Part shown: positions 26,042 to 34,098 of the stretch, one piece after another | Layout: every line of letters begins with the position of its first letter | Position numbering within the stretch: position 1 is the stretch's first letter | Source of the DNA: a virus | Taxonomy: Duplodnaviria > Caudoviricetes | IMG/VR virus record: IMGVR_UViG_3300033076_001074 | Span: 1-34,484 of that record | Direction: 5' to 3' (one strand) | Length of the DNA stretch: 34,484 bases | Translations under genes and position numbers: made by a program | Notes under the pieces: generated by a model | Databases searched by the model: none | Seen by the model: the letters and a program-made list of their open reading frames with translations, nothing else | What the model was told of the DNA's origin: nothing

Positions 26042-26508
26042 TGAATGAATTGCAGCAAGCACAATTGCTATTAGATCAGCTTATTAGCACTCTTCAACAG
26101 ACTTTTCAAAGTGGAGAAGAATTGCCAGATGAATTACAGTTGCAAATCGCGCAGGAATTGGAATACCTATACAATCGAATAAATCAACTGAGTCAACCTA
26201 TTCAAGTTCCAGATCTTCCAAATGCTCCTTATCCATCTTCAAATATACATGCTTTTAAGTATGATCCAGAAACACAAAAACTATTTATAAAATTTCAAGA
26301 TAAATACCCAAAGACAAATGGGCCAATTTATCAATATGAAAATATTCCTAAGTTTATTTTTGATGTGTTTAGCAGAGGAACAGTAGGGCCAAAAACTTCA
26401 GGAGCTAATAGATGGCACAGATGGCAAAAGGGCGTTACTCCGTCATTGGGTGCAGCAGCACATGCATTAATTAAAAGCGGTGGTTATCAATATCAGCGTG
26501 TTGCATAG
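26041..26508 (+). CDS. KTSC-domain protein with N-terminal helical hairpin
   Basis: SSNIHAFKYDPETQKLFIKF...G.IYQYENIP..IF..F...SLG......IK..YQYQRV. Confidence 0.82.
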   Translation: MNELQQAQLLLDQLISTLQQTFQSGEELPDELQLQIAQELEYLYNRINQLSQPIQVPDLPNAPYPSSNIHAFKYDPETQKLFIKFQDKYPKTNGPIYQYENIPKFIFDVFSRGTVGPKTSGANRWHRWQKGVTPSLGAAAHALIKSGGYQYQRVA

Positions 26509-26602
26509 AACCGAATGCGCCATGAAATTCATAATATTTATAATGTGCTTTTCCAATACAAAAAGAGAATATTAAAAATAAAAAAATATATTTAATTTTC
26601 AT
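26471..26602 (-). CDS. 43-aa exported micro-protein; paralog of 8759-8866 (not in ORF track)
   Basis: MKIKYIFLFLIFSF-CIGKAHYKYYEFHGAFGSMQHADIDNHRF. Confidence 0.6.
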   Translation of the reverse strand: MKIKYIFLFLIFSFCIGKAHYKYYEFHGAFGSMQHADIDNHRF

Positions 26603-26849
26603 TACATATCATTTCATAGCTTTTTTTAAGATTTTCTATATAATCTGATGATTTAACTTTTACGATATAATAATCACCATCAGGTATAATATCGCATATA
26701 AATTTATTTTGGTTATTAACACAACTTTGAAATCTATCAAAAGATCCTTTGTGAACTAAAAAAGCTTGAATATTTTCATATTCTGAACAAAAACTACGAT
26801 TAATAAATAGTCCGCTTATTATTAGTGTGATGAATAATATTTTTTTCAT
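26592..26849 (-). CDS. Small secreted protein
   Basis: AAGGAG RBS; signal-peptide-like MKKILFITLIISGLF. Confidence 0.75.
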   Translation of the reverse strand: MKKILFITLIISGLFINRSFCSEYENIQAFLVHKGSFDRFQSCVNNQNKFICDIIPDGDYYIVKVKSSDYIENLKKSYEMICNEN

Positions 26850-26863
26850 AATTTCTCCTTAAA

Positions 26864-27091
26864 TTATTTTTTCTCTTTTAAAAGATCGATAAACATTCGA
26901 TAAAGCTGATCGATTCTTGATGCATGACCATCTAATCTGCTGGCAATAGATTTAATATCATTATCCAGTCGATTACCTATAGCTTTGATATCTGTATCCA
27001 TTTTATTTATGGCCCAAATAATTAGAGTTGCCATAGCTCCAAATAGAGCGACATTAACTCCTATAAAAGTAAAAACTTGTGTCCATTCCAT
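26864..27091 (-). CDS. TM plus coiled-coil protein; paralog of 256-450
   Basis: MEWTQVFTFIGVNVALF...RLDGHASRIDQLYRMFIDLLKEKK; AGGAG RBS. Confidence 0.85.
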   Translation of the reverse strand: MEWTQVFTFIGVNVALFGAMATLIIWAINKMDTDIKAIGNRLDNDIKSIASRLDGHASRIDQLYRMFIDLLKEKK

Positions 27092-27158
27092 TATTTTTTC
27101 TCCTGTTTAACCCATTTGTCACCGTTTTTATCAACAAAAACCTTTTTTGTTATTTTTT

Positions 27159-27329
27159 CTAATGCATACCCACATGTAATTCTTTTGATTCGACGCCTTT
27201 ATTGTCTCCTAGCATGTCTACAACAACACCGACATAGCCCGGAGAGATCATTTTAAAACAAAATAACCAAAATATAAAAAAGATAAATATTAATGACATT
27301 CCAATGTAAATAGAATTATATTTTTTCAT
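27159..27329 (-). pseudogene. Truncated SPFH/band-7 family gene (N-terminus only)
   Basis: TM helix then MISPGYVGVVVDMLG..KGV..KELHVGMH, then stop. Confidence 0.7.
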
Positions 27330-27708
27330 CTTTTTCTTTTTGTTTTTTTTCAAATTCATTTTGTAATCGTTCTATTTCTTCTTTTATATTACTTCTACTA
27401 GGATTACTAAATAATTTTACAGCATAAGCAGCAGGTAATTCAAGTACAGGATCAGAAATTATTTCATTCCATTTGTTCTCATTATTTTTACAAAATTCTG
27501 CTAAATGTTTTAATAAATTCCCAATAGCCATCAATGAAAACAAAACAGAATTGTTTATGTGTTCAAAATTATCAATATACTGATAAACAATTGATTGAAC
27601 TGATGAAACGTCAATTTTTTTTGGTTTAAATTCATTTAATGTATCTTTAAGTTTTTCATTTAATGTATCTTTAAGTTTTTCATCTAATTTTTTTTTAATA
27701 TTTTTCAT
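27316..27708 (-). CDS. Hypothetical protein with an internal 8-aa duplication
   Basis: 130 aa; EKLKDTLN twice. Confidence 0.7.
   Translation of the reverse strand: MKNIKKKLDEKLKDTLNEKLKDTLNEFKPKKIDVSSVQSIVYQYIDNFEHINNSVLFSLMAIGNLLKHLAEFCKNNENKWNEIISDPVLELPAAYAVKLFSNPSRSNIKEEIERLQNEFEKKQKEKDEKI
27631..27683. repeat. Perfect 24-bp tandem duplication (about 2.2 copies)
   Basis: TTCATTTAATGTATCTTTAAGTTT twice plus TTCAT. Confidence 0.9.
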
Positions 27709-27937
27709 TTTTTATCCGATTTTTTTCTCTTTTTCGTTTTAATTTTAATCTATCCATTGAGTAATATAGTTCTGGATTTTCAATGAATTTAAACTCATGT
27801 TCTTTTGCCCAGTCTATAGCTTCTTTTCTTGAGTTGAAATTTATGGAAAATGTTTTCAGTCCTTTTCTTCTAAATTGTACCTTCCATTTTCCATTTTTTT
27901 TTCCATTTGAATTATAAGAGGGTGTTATTGTTGCCAT
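27695..27937 (-). CDS. Stand-alone integrase arm-type DNA-binding domain protein
   Basis: MATI...GKWKVQFRRKG....S..F.SRKEA.DWA...E, typical of tyrosine integrase N-termini; no catalytic domain follows. Confidence 0.7.
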   Translation of the reverse strand: MATITPSYNSNGKKNGKWKVQFRRKGLKTFSINFNSRKEAIDWAKEHEFKFIENPELYYSMDRLKLKRKREKNRIKNEKY

Positions 27938-27943
27938 GATTAT

Positions 27944-27972
27944 ATATTACAATAACGGTGCATTTTACGCAA
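27944..27972 (-). promoter_or_regulatory. Sigma70-type promoter, likely giving a leaderless mRNA
   Basis: TTGCGT-17 nt-TAATAT, then 6 nt, then ATG at 27937. Confidence 0.55.
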
Positions 27973-27984
27973 GAAAAATATTAA

Positions 27985-28188
27985 TCAACTTACTTTTTTG
28001 AAATGAAAAAAAACTTGTGATTTATGTATTGATTCAATCAATTGCTTACTTATACGATAAGGAGATTTTCTTTTTTCACTTAATCTTATCGCTTTAATAT
28101 GACCTGCTAAAATAGCCCTTCGAATGGTTATGGGGTGTACACCAAAAATAACAGCCACTTCTTTAATGCTTAAAAATTCTTGTTCCAT
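27985..28188 (-). CDS. Excisionase-like / MerR-type HTH DNA-binding protein
   Basis: FLSIKEVA.IFGVHP.TIRR.I..G.IKAIRL......YRIS. Confidence 0.85.
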   Translation of the reverse strand: MEQEFLSIKEVAVIFGVHPITIRRAILAGHIKAIRLSEKRKSPYRISKQLIESIHKSQVFFHFKKVS

Positions 28189-28279
28189 CGTGTTCAAACG
28201 TGATTAAACTTAAAATTTTATTATATATTCAAAATGATCTAAATTGACATTAGAAAATAAAATTTTATGGAGCATTTTT

Positions 28280-30625
28280 ATGGCTACACCCTTTGGATCT
28301 TATCCTTTTGATTCTGCCGGAGTCGATCAATTTACAAGACCTTTATTCTTTGCAGGAGCAAAAAGATCGCCAACAACAAATGATATTTATCCCTCTGGCA
28401 CACGATGGGAGGATGCTTCTACACCTTCTGACCCTATTATTTATGTCACAACCGGATCCGGAAGATGGGATACGGAGGGAGCTAACCCCGCAACAACGAC
28501 AACTTATGGAACAGTAATTCTAACTGACAATAGTGAGCCTGTTGCAACTAAAGCTTACGCTGATGCTTTAGCTATTGCGGGTGCGCCAGTTTCAACGACT
28601 ACAGTTGCAGGTATCGGACAGTTAGCAACAAATGCTGAAGCCGTTGCCGGGACTGCATCAACTCCAGCTTTAGCGCTTTTTGTGACACCATCAAATTTAT
28701 CTTCTGTTTTTGCAGCTCCACCGGCAATAGGAGGTACAACACCAGCAGCAGCAACATTTACAACTATTGCAGGAACAACCGGAACATTTAGCGGATTATT
28801 AACAGCTCAAGCCTCTGCTATTATAAATACTGCTGGCACAGCTCTTGCTTTAGCTACTGATGCAGACACCGCAGCGGTAAATATTGGAACAGGAGCGGCA
28901 GCTAGAACTATTACATTAGGTAATGTAACTGGTGCAACAGCGGTCAATGTAAATACTGGAACAGGATCATTTACAGTTACTACTACAGGAACCGGAGATA
29001 TAGTTCTAAATTCTGATGACACAATGCTTTTGGATGCTGACGGAGTTTTGGAGCTTAATAGTTCAGCAGGAGCAATCAATATTGGTAACGACGCAGATGC
29101 TGAAGCTATTAACATAGGTACAGGAGCAGCAGCGCGCACAATTACAGTTGGTAATAGTACAGGGGCTACGGCTTTAGCTTTAAACTCTGGTACTGGAAAT
29201 ATTGATATAGGCGCAAATGCAATTGCTCATACAATAACAATGGGAAATAGCACTGGTGCAACTTCTGTAGTTATAGACTGTGGGACAGGCGCGCTAAATA
29301 TTGGAACAAATGCTATAGCGCATACTGTAACTATTGGAAATATCACTGGTGCCACAGCCGTTAACGTGAATGCTGGAAGTGGTGGGTCGACATGGACAAC
29401 AACTAACTCTACTTTAGCTTTAATTTCTGGAACAGGTGCAATAAACGTAGGCACTGACGCTGCTGCAAAAACTATTACATTAGGTAATAGTACTGGAGCG
29501 ACTTCAGTTGTTATTAATAGCGGCACTGGTGCAATAAACATAGGTACAAACGCCGTTGCTCATACAGTTACTATTGGAAATATTACAGGAGCAACAGCCG
29601 TTAATATTAATACCGGTTCTGGCGGATCTACATATACCACTACTAATGCAACTCTTGCTTTTGTTACAGGAACAGGCGCGATAAATGTTGGCACTGACGC
29701 TGCCGCAAAGATGATTACAATAGGAAATATCACTGGTGCCACTGCTGTTAATATTAACACTGGTTCCGGAGGCTCTACATACACTACAACTAACGCAACT
29801 CTGGCATTTGTAACAGGCACAGGAGCAATTAACGTTGGAACAGATGCAGCAGCTAAAACAATTACTATAGGTAATCAAACAGGTGCAACAAGTGTTGTTG
29901 TAGATTCAGGAACAGGCGCAATTAATATTGGTACAGCCGTAGCTAAAACTATAACCATAGGAAACGTAACTGGAGCAACAGCAGTAAATATAAATACTGG
30001 GACAGGCGGCTCAACTTATACAACTACCAACGGAATATTTACTTTAGCGACAGGGACAGGCGCAATAAGCATTTCTGCCGATGCTGCTGCAACAACTTTA
30101 AATATTGGTACTGGTGCGGCTGTAGTAAAAACAATAAATATAGGCGGTACTGGCGCTAACGTAATTGCAATAGCTAATACTCAAACAGGTGGATCATTAT
30201 CTATTGGCGCTGCAATGACAACGGGAACAATCACGATCGGGGGTACCGGTGCCCAAACAGGAACCATTACTCTAGGTGGTGGAACAGGTGCACAGACAGT
30301 AAACTTAGCAACTGGTGGAACCGGTGTAAAAACTGTCCATATTGCAGATTCAGCAGTCGCAAACGTTGTAACTATCGGATCTACAACTGGCGCAGCAGCG
30401 ACAACCATTCAAGCTGGTACCGGATTAATTACAATGGCAGGAAAAGTAGCTCTTAATTCAGCCGCTGGCCCTCAAGTTTTAGCCGGTGCAGGCGATCCAA
30501 CTGGCGTGGTTACTGCTCCTCAAGGTTCATTATGGTTGCGTACAGATGGAAGCTCTACAAGTACACGTGCTTATATCAATACAAATGCAGGCACAGGATG
30601 GACATCAATAACAACAGCAGCTTAA
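28280..30625 (+). CDS. Long repetitive tail fibre / adhesin-like protein
   Basis: GGAG RBS before ATG 28280; GIGQLATNAEA motif; many INIGT.A.A.TITIGN.TGAT repeats; C-terminal G.GDP.G.VTAPQGSLWLRTDG...W. Confidence 0.85.
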   Translation: MATPFGSYPFDSAGVDQFTRPLFFAGAKRSPTTNDIYPSGTRWEDASTPSDPIIYVTTGSGRWDTEGANPATTTTYGTVILTDNSEPVATKAYADALAIAGAPVSTTTVAGIGQLATNAEAVAGTASTPALALFVTPSNLSSVFAAPPAIGGTTPAAATFTTIAGTTGTFSGLLTAQASAIINTAGTALALATDADTAAVNIGTGAAARTITLGNVTGATAVNVNTGTGSFTVTTTGTGDIVLNSDDTMLLDADGVLELNSSAGAINIGNDADAEAINIGTGAAARTITVGNSTGATALALNSGTGNIDIGANAIAHTITMGNSTGATSVVIDCGTGALNIGTNAIAHTVTIGNITGATAVNVNAGSGGSTWTTTNSTLALISGTGAINVGTDAAAKTITLGNSTGATSVVINSGTGAINIGTNAVAHTVTIGNITGATAVNINTGSGGSTYTTTNATLAFVTGTGAINVGTDAAAKMITIGNITGATAVNINTGSGGSTYTTTNATLAFVTGTGAINVGTDAAAKTITIGNQTGATSVVVDSGTGAINIGTAVAKTITIGNVTGATAVNINTGTGGSTYTTTNGIFTLATGTGAISISADAAATTLNIGTGAAVVKTINIGGTGANVIAIANTQTGGSLSIGAAMTTGTITIGGTGAQTGTITLGGGTGAQTVNLATGGTGVKTVHIADSAVANVVTIGSTTGAAATTIQAGTGLITMAGKVALNSAAGPQVLAGAGDPTGVVTAPQGSLWLRTDGSSTSTRAYINTNAGTGWTSITTAA

Positions 30626-30642
30626 AAATAAATGGATAATAA

Positions 30643-30840
30643 ATGTTACAAAATCAATCTAAATTAGAAATAAAAATTGAAGATAAAATTTATCAGTTTA
30701 TCTGCGACCCAAATTCATCGCTTCAAAATTGTAAAGAAGCTTTGTTTCAATTTTTAAAATATATTGGAAAAATAGAAGACGAGGCTATAAAAGCTGAACA
30801 AGAATCAAAATTGTCGGAAACAAAAAGTGAGTGTATGTAA
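30643..30840 (+). CDS. Hypothetical protein (possible fibre chaperone)
   Basis: 65 aa directly after the fibre gene. Confidence 0.7.
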   Translation: MLQNQSKLEIKIEDKIYQFICDPNSSLQNCKEALFQFLKYIGKIEDEAIKAEQESKLSETKSECM

Positions 30841-31184
30841 TGCCTCAAAATGTGCAATATGCTTTTGCAGTAACAAAAGCTCAATTTGATCCGGCTTCTT
30901 TAACAGGTACTTATCAATCATTAAATGGAAGTGGTTTTGATGATTCAGTAAGAATATGGAAGCTTTATAATGGTTCTACAACAGTATCTATTGATATTAG
31001 TTTCGATGGTGTCACTGATCATGATTTTATACCTCCTCTTGGAACTCTAATTGTTGATTTTCAAGCTAATCGTGATTCTGATCCATCATCAAGTACTGGA
31101 ACAAAACAATTAAGAAAAGGTCAAATTGTATGGGGTAAAACTGCTGAACAACCAACCTATCTACAAATTGTTGGTTATACCTAG
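30840..31184 (+). CDS. Small beta-rich virion protein
   Basis: TAATG overlap at 30840; IDISFDGVTDHDFIP. Confidence 0.7.
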   Translation: MPQNVQYAFAVTKAQFDPASLTGTYQSLNGSGFDDSVRIWKLYNGSTTVSIDISFDGVTDHDFIPPLGTLIVDFQANRDSDPSSSTGTKQLRKGQIVWGKTAEQPTYLQIVGYT

Positions 31185-31217
31185 TTATATAAAGTTATTG
31201 TTAAAAGGAGCAATAAG

Positions 31218-31781
31218 TTGAGTCAATTTTACCAGGGCGTAACAACTGGCAGTCTTCCTCCATCAGTGCCAACAACATTCGAGACACAAGATGGTGCAGC
31301 AGTTCCAGCAGCAAATATTTTAATTATTGATGGTTTTGATTCCAGAGAAAACAACGTAAATGGAATCATTACAAAAGGTGGTGTAGTAGGAACTGGAACA
31401 TCTAATGAAGTGGATGTTGTTATAACTAATAGACTCAAAAATGCCACTGTAATAACAACAGTCGGAGCAGTTACAACGCCAATAATCACATTTACACCTA
31501 CAGTAATAGGCACTTATGCAATTGAATGTAGAGTATCCGCATACAATACAACAGCTAGTCTCGGAGCTGGATATAGTATTTTTGGAAGCATTCGTTTTGA
31601 TGGTGTTAATTCAAATCTTTGCGGAACAGTAGACAGAATTGTTAATGAAGAAGGTGCAATGTCTTCTGCAAATGTAACTATGACAGTCTCAGGAGGAAAT
31701 ATTTTAATAAATGGAGTTGGATATGCAGCACAGACCATCAACTGGAATGCAGTCGCTTTATATACATTTGTGGGGGCATAA
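31218..31781 (+). CDS. Tail fibre module protein
   Basis: AGGAG RBS with TTG start; T/G/V-rich; VPTTFETQDG.AVP. Confidence 0.75.
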   Translation: MSQFYQGVTTGSLPPSVPTTFETQDGAAVPAANILIIDGFDSRENNVNGIITKGGVVGTGTSNEVDVVITNRLKNATVITTVGAVTTPIITFTPTVIGTYAIECRVSAYNTTASLGAGYSIFGSIRFDGVNSNLCGTVDRIVNEEGAMSSANVTMTVSGGNILINGVGYAAQTINWNAVALYTFVGA

Positions 31782-32725
31782 TGGCGGGTTTTGATAATGA
31801 TGTAGTATACGCAAAAAACGGAGACTTTACACAAGCAGATAACAATAACGTTTCAGAATCTAATGGTTTGATAACAAACGGTCAATTATGGATAGGTTCA
31901 ACGGCTCTGAATGCTGGCAATACCCATATTAATGTAGGCGCCATTACTTCTCCGAATGGTACACTTACAATCGGTTATTCATCACCTAACATTACTTTAG
32001 ATCTTGCGGGTAGTTCTATAGGGGTAGATTCCTTTGCTATGCAAACCGGTACATCTCCTGTTTTTCCAAATGGATCAGGTTTGGTAACATTTAACGGCTC
32101 ATCAGTTGCCGCGGGCACAAATCCAGTTAGGACAAATGGTACTGCCCCTAATACGATGCAACTTGAAGTGCAAATTTCTCAAGCATTAGCAGCAGCCGAC
32201 GCAACAAAAATCGGATTATCAAATTTTGATTCTTCCAGTTTTGCCGTTACTGCTACTGGATTTGTTACAGCATCAGGAACAGGGTTAGGAAAGACAATTA
32301 CCGGTGATTCAGGTGGGGCTTTAAGCCCAACAGCTGGTAATTGGAATATTTTAGGACTTTCTGGAAGTAAAACATCAGGATCGGGGTCTACTTTAACAGT
32401 TAAAAGTCCTCCTTTTTCTCAGGTTGGATCATCTGCAACAAGCTCACTTAACACAGGTGAATTTGTAACAGCGGCTGTGACAAGAACACTTCCAGCATCA
32501 GTAGGATTAGCGGACGGTGATTTATTTATTTATTCATGTACAACAGCAGGAGCCTTAGTAATACAAGCAGTAGGCGCACAAAAAATACGAATTGGAACTT
32601 TATTATCAAGTGCAGCCGGAACGGCTACAAGCACGACTATAGGTGATTCTTTAACACTAAGATTTGATGCTACACAAGGATTTTTTATGGCGGTTAGTGT
32701 TATTGGTACATGGATTTTAGCATAG
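31781..32725 (+). CDS. Tail fibre module protein
   Basis: TNGQLWIGST, TITGDSGGALSP.AGNWNILG; C-terminal TLP...DG, IGDSLTL, GTW domain. Confidence 0.8.
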   Translation: MAGFDNDVVYAKNGDFTQADNNNVSESNGLITNGQLWIGSTALNAGNTHINVGAITSPNGTLTIGYSSPNITLDLAGSSIGVDSFAMQTGTSPVFPNGSGLVTFNGSSVAAGTNPVRTNGTAPNTMQLEVQISQALAAADATKIGLSNFDSSSFAVTATGFVTASGTGLGKTITGDSGGALSPTAGNWNILGLSGSKTSGSGSTLTVKSPPFSQVGSSATSSLNTGEFVTAAVTRTLPASVGLADGDLFIYSCTTAGALVIQAVGAQKIRIGTLLSSAAGTATSTTIGDSLTLRFDATQGFFMAVSVIGTWILA

Positions 32726-32732
32726 GAGATAT

Positions 32733-34088
32733 ATGACATTTACGCACGCTTTAGCGACTAATAATTATGGAGAAGCAAAATTAATTGTTTCTACTTCTGC
32801 AGCTAATGGGACTCATACAACATTAGCATCAGCAATGTCAGCAGCATCATCAGGAGATACTATATTTCTTCGTGATAGTGTCACAGAAAATGTAACTTTA
32901 ACAGCCGGTGTAAATATTGCGGCATGGACAGGAGGAACTTTAAACACCCCTTCTATCACCGGAAAACTTACCATGACAACTGCAGGCACATGCAATATAA
33001 GCGGCATTAAACTTATTACAAACTCAGATTTTTTATTAGCTGTAACAGGATCGGCAAATTCTATTGTAAATCTTAACAATTGTTTTTTAAGCATTTCAAA
33101 CAATACAGGTATTTCTTACACAACTTCTGGAGCTTCCTCGGCTATCACTTTAACCAATTGTCAAGGTGATATATCTACGACAGGAATAACATGTTTTTCG
33201 CATTCAGCAGTAGGTGGCTTAACATTTAATAATTGTATTATTACAAATAATGGACAATCAACCACAGCAAGTACATGCAGTAGTTCAGGAAATGTTGCCT
33301 TTAGAAACACAAGAGTTGGTTTTACTGTTACAACATCATCGACAGCGTCATTCGTTTCTGACTATTCTTTTCATGAATCTCCTGCTATTAATTTGACCAT
33401 GTTAACTTTAAACGGTACAGGATCTGTACAAAGAATATTAAAATCATATGTAGGAAGTGGAACTTCTTCAGCTATTTCGATTGGATCTGGTGTAACAGTT
33501 ATTGGAACAGACATAACAACAAATTCATCAAATGCAAATGCTATAACTGGTGCAGGCACCTTGAATTATTCTTTGATTAATAGTGTTAGTGGCACAACTT
33601 TAGCTATGAATGTTACCGGTACTACTTCATATAACAATATGGTAGGATCAATATCTTTCGATAAAGGTGCAAACTACCTGGATACTTATACGACAGGCAC
33701 ATGGACACCACAACTAGCAGCTTCAGGAACAGCTTTTGGATCAATTACATTTAGCAATCAGGTCGGCTATTATACTAAAATAGGTGATATGGCATATGTA
33801 ACGGGTTATGTTTCAGTCAGTGCATTTACACTTGGAGGAGCAACGGGAGGCGTGCAATTTAAATCATTGCCTTTTACTTCTAAAAACGTTTCTAATTTGT
33901 TTTGGGTAGGGCCTTTAAGATTGTCAAATACTACGTTTACAGCCGATTGGATGCAAGCATTAGTTAACAACAATTCTGTTATTTGTGATTTACAAATTTA
34001 TAGAAGTGCAAATGCCGCAAGTAATTTAGCCGTTGCGGGAATGTCAGCAACAACAGACTGCATTGCGTCAGTATTTTATAAAGTTTAG
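32733..34088 (+). CDS. Tail spike with beta-helix (pectin lyase-like) and C-terminal fibre domain
   Basis: HTTLASAMSAASSGDTIFL...TENVTL; periodic NC.I repeats; GTWTP...GYYTKIGD. Confidence 0.82.
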   Translation: MTFTHALATNNYGEAKLIVSTSAANGTHTTLASAMSAASSGDTIFLRDSVTENVTLTAGVNIAAWTGGTLNTPSITGKLTMTTAGTCNISGIKLITNSDFLLAVTGSANSIVNLNNCFLSISNNTGISYTTSGASSAITLTNCQGDISTTGITCFSHSAVGGLTFNNCIITNNGQSTTASTCSSSGNVAFRNTRVGFTVTTSSTASFVSDYSFHESPAINLTMLTLNGTGSVQRILKSYVGSGTSSAISIGSGVTVIGTDITTNSSNANAITGAGTLNYSLINSVSGTTLAMNVTGTTSYNNMVGSISFDKGANYLDTYTTGTWTPQLAASGTAFGSITFSNQVGYYTKIGDMAYVTGYVSVSAFTLGGATGGVQFKSLPFTSKNVSNLFWVGPLRLSNTTFTADWMQALVNNNSVICDLQIYRSANAASNLAVAGMSATTDCIASVFYKV

Positions 34089-34098
34089 AGGAGAAAAA

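Noticed and set aside
26524-26551. CATAA-TATTTA-TAATG, a weak dif-like pattern at the island edge
   Set aside because: Outer arm positions do not match, and it lies in the conserved coding part of the 26471-26602 ORF.
28244-28249. Perfect TTGACA upstream of the fibre gene, used as a TTG start in the track
   Set aside because: No -10 at 16-18 nt spacing; ATG 28280 with GGAG is the better start.
28807-30408. Several minus-strand ORFs over the tail fibre gene
   Set aside because: Shadow frames of Thr/Gly/Ala-rich repetitive coding sequence.
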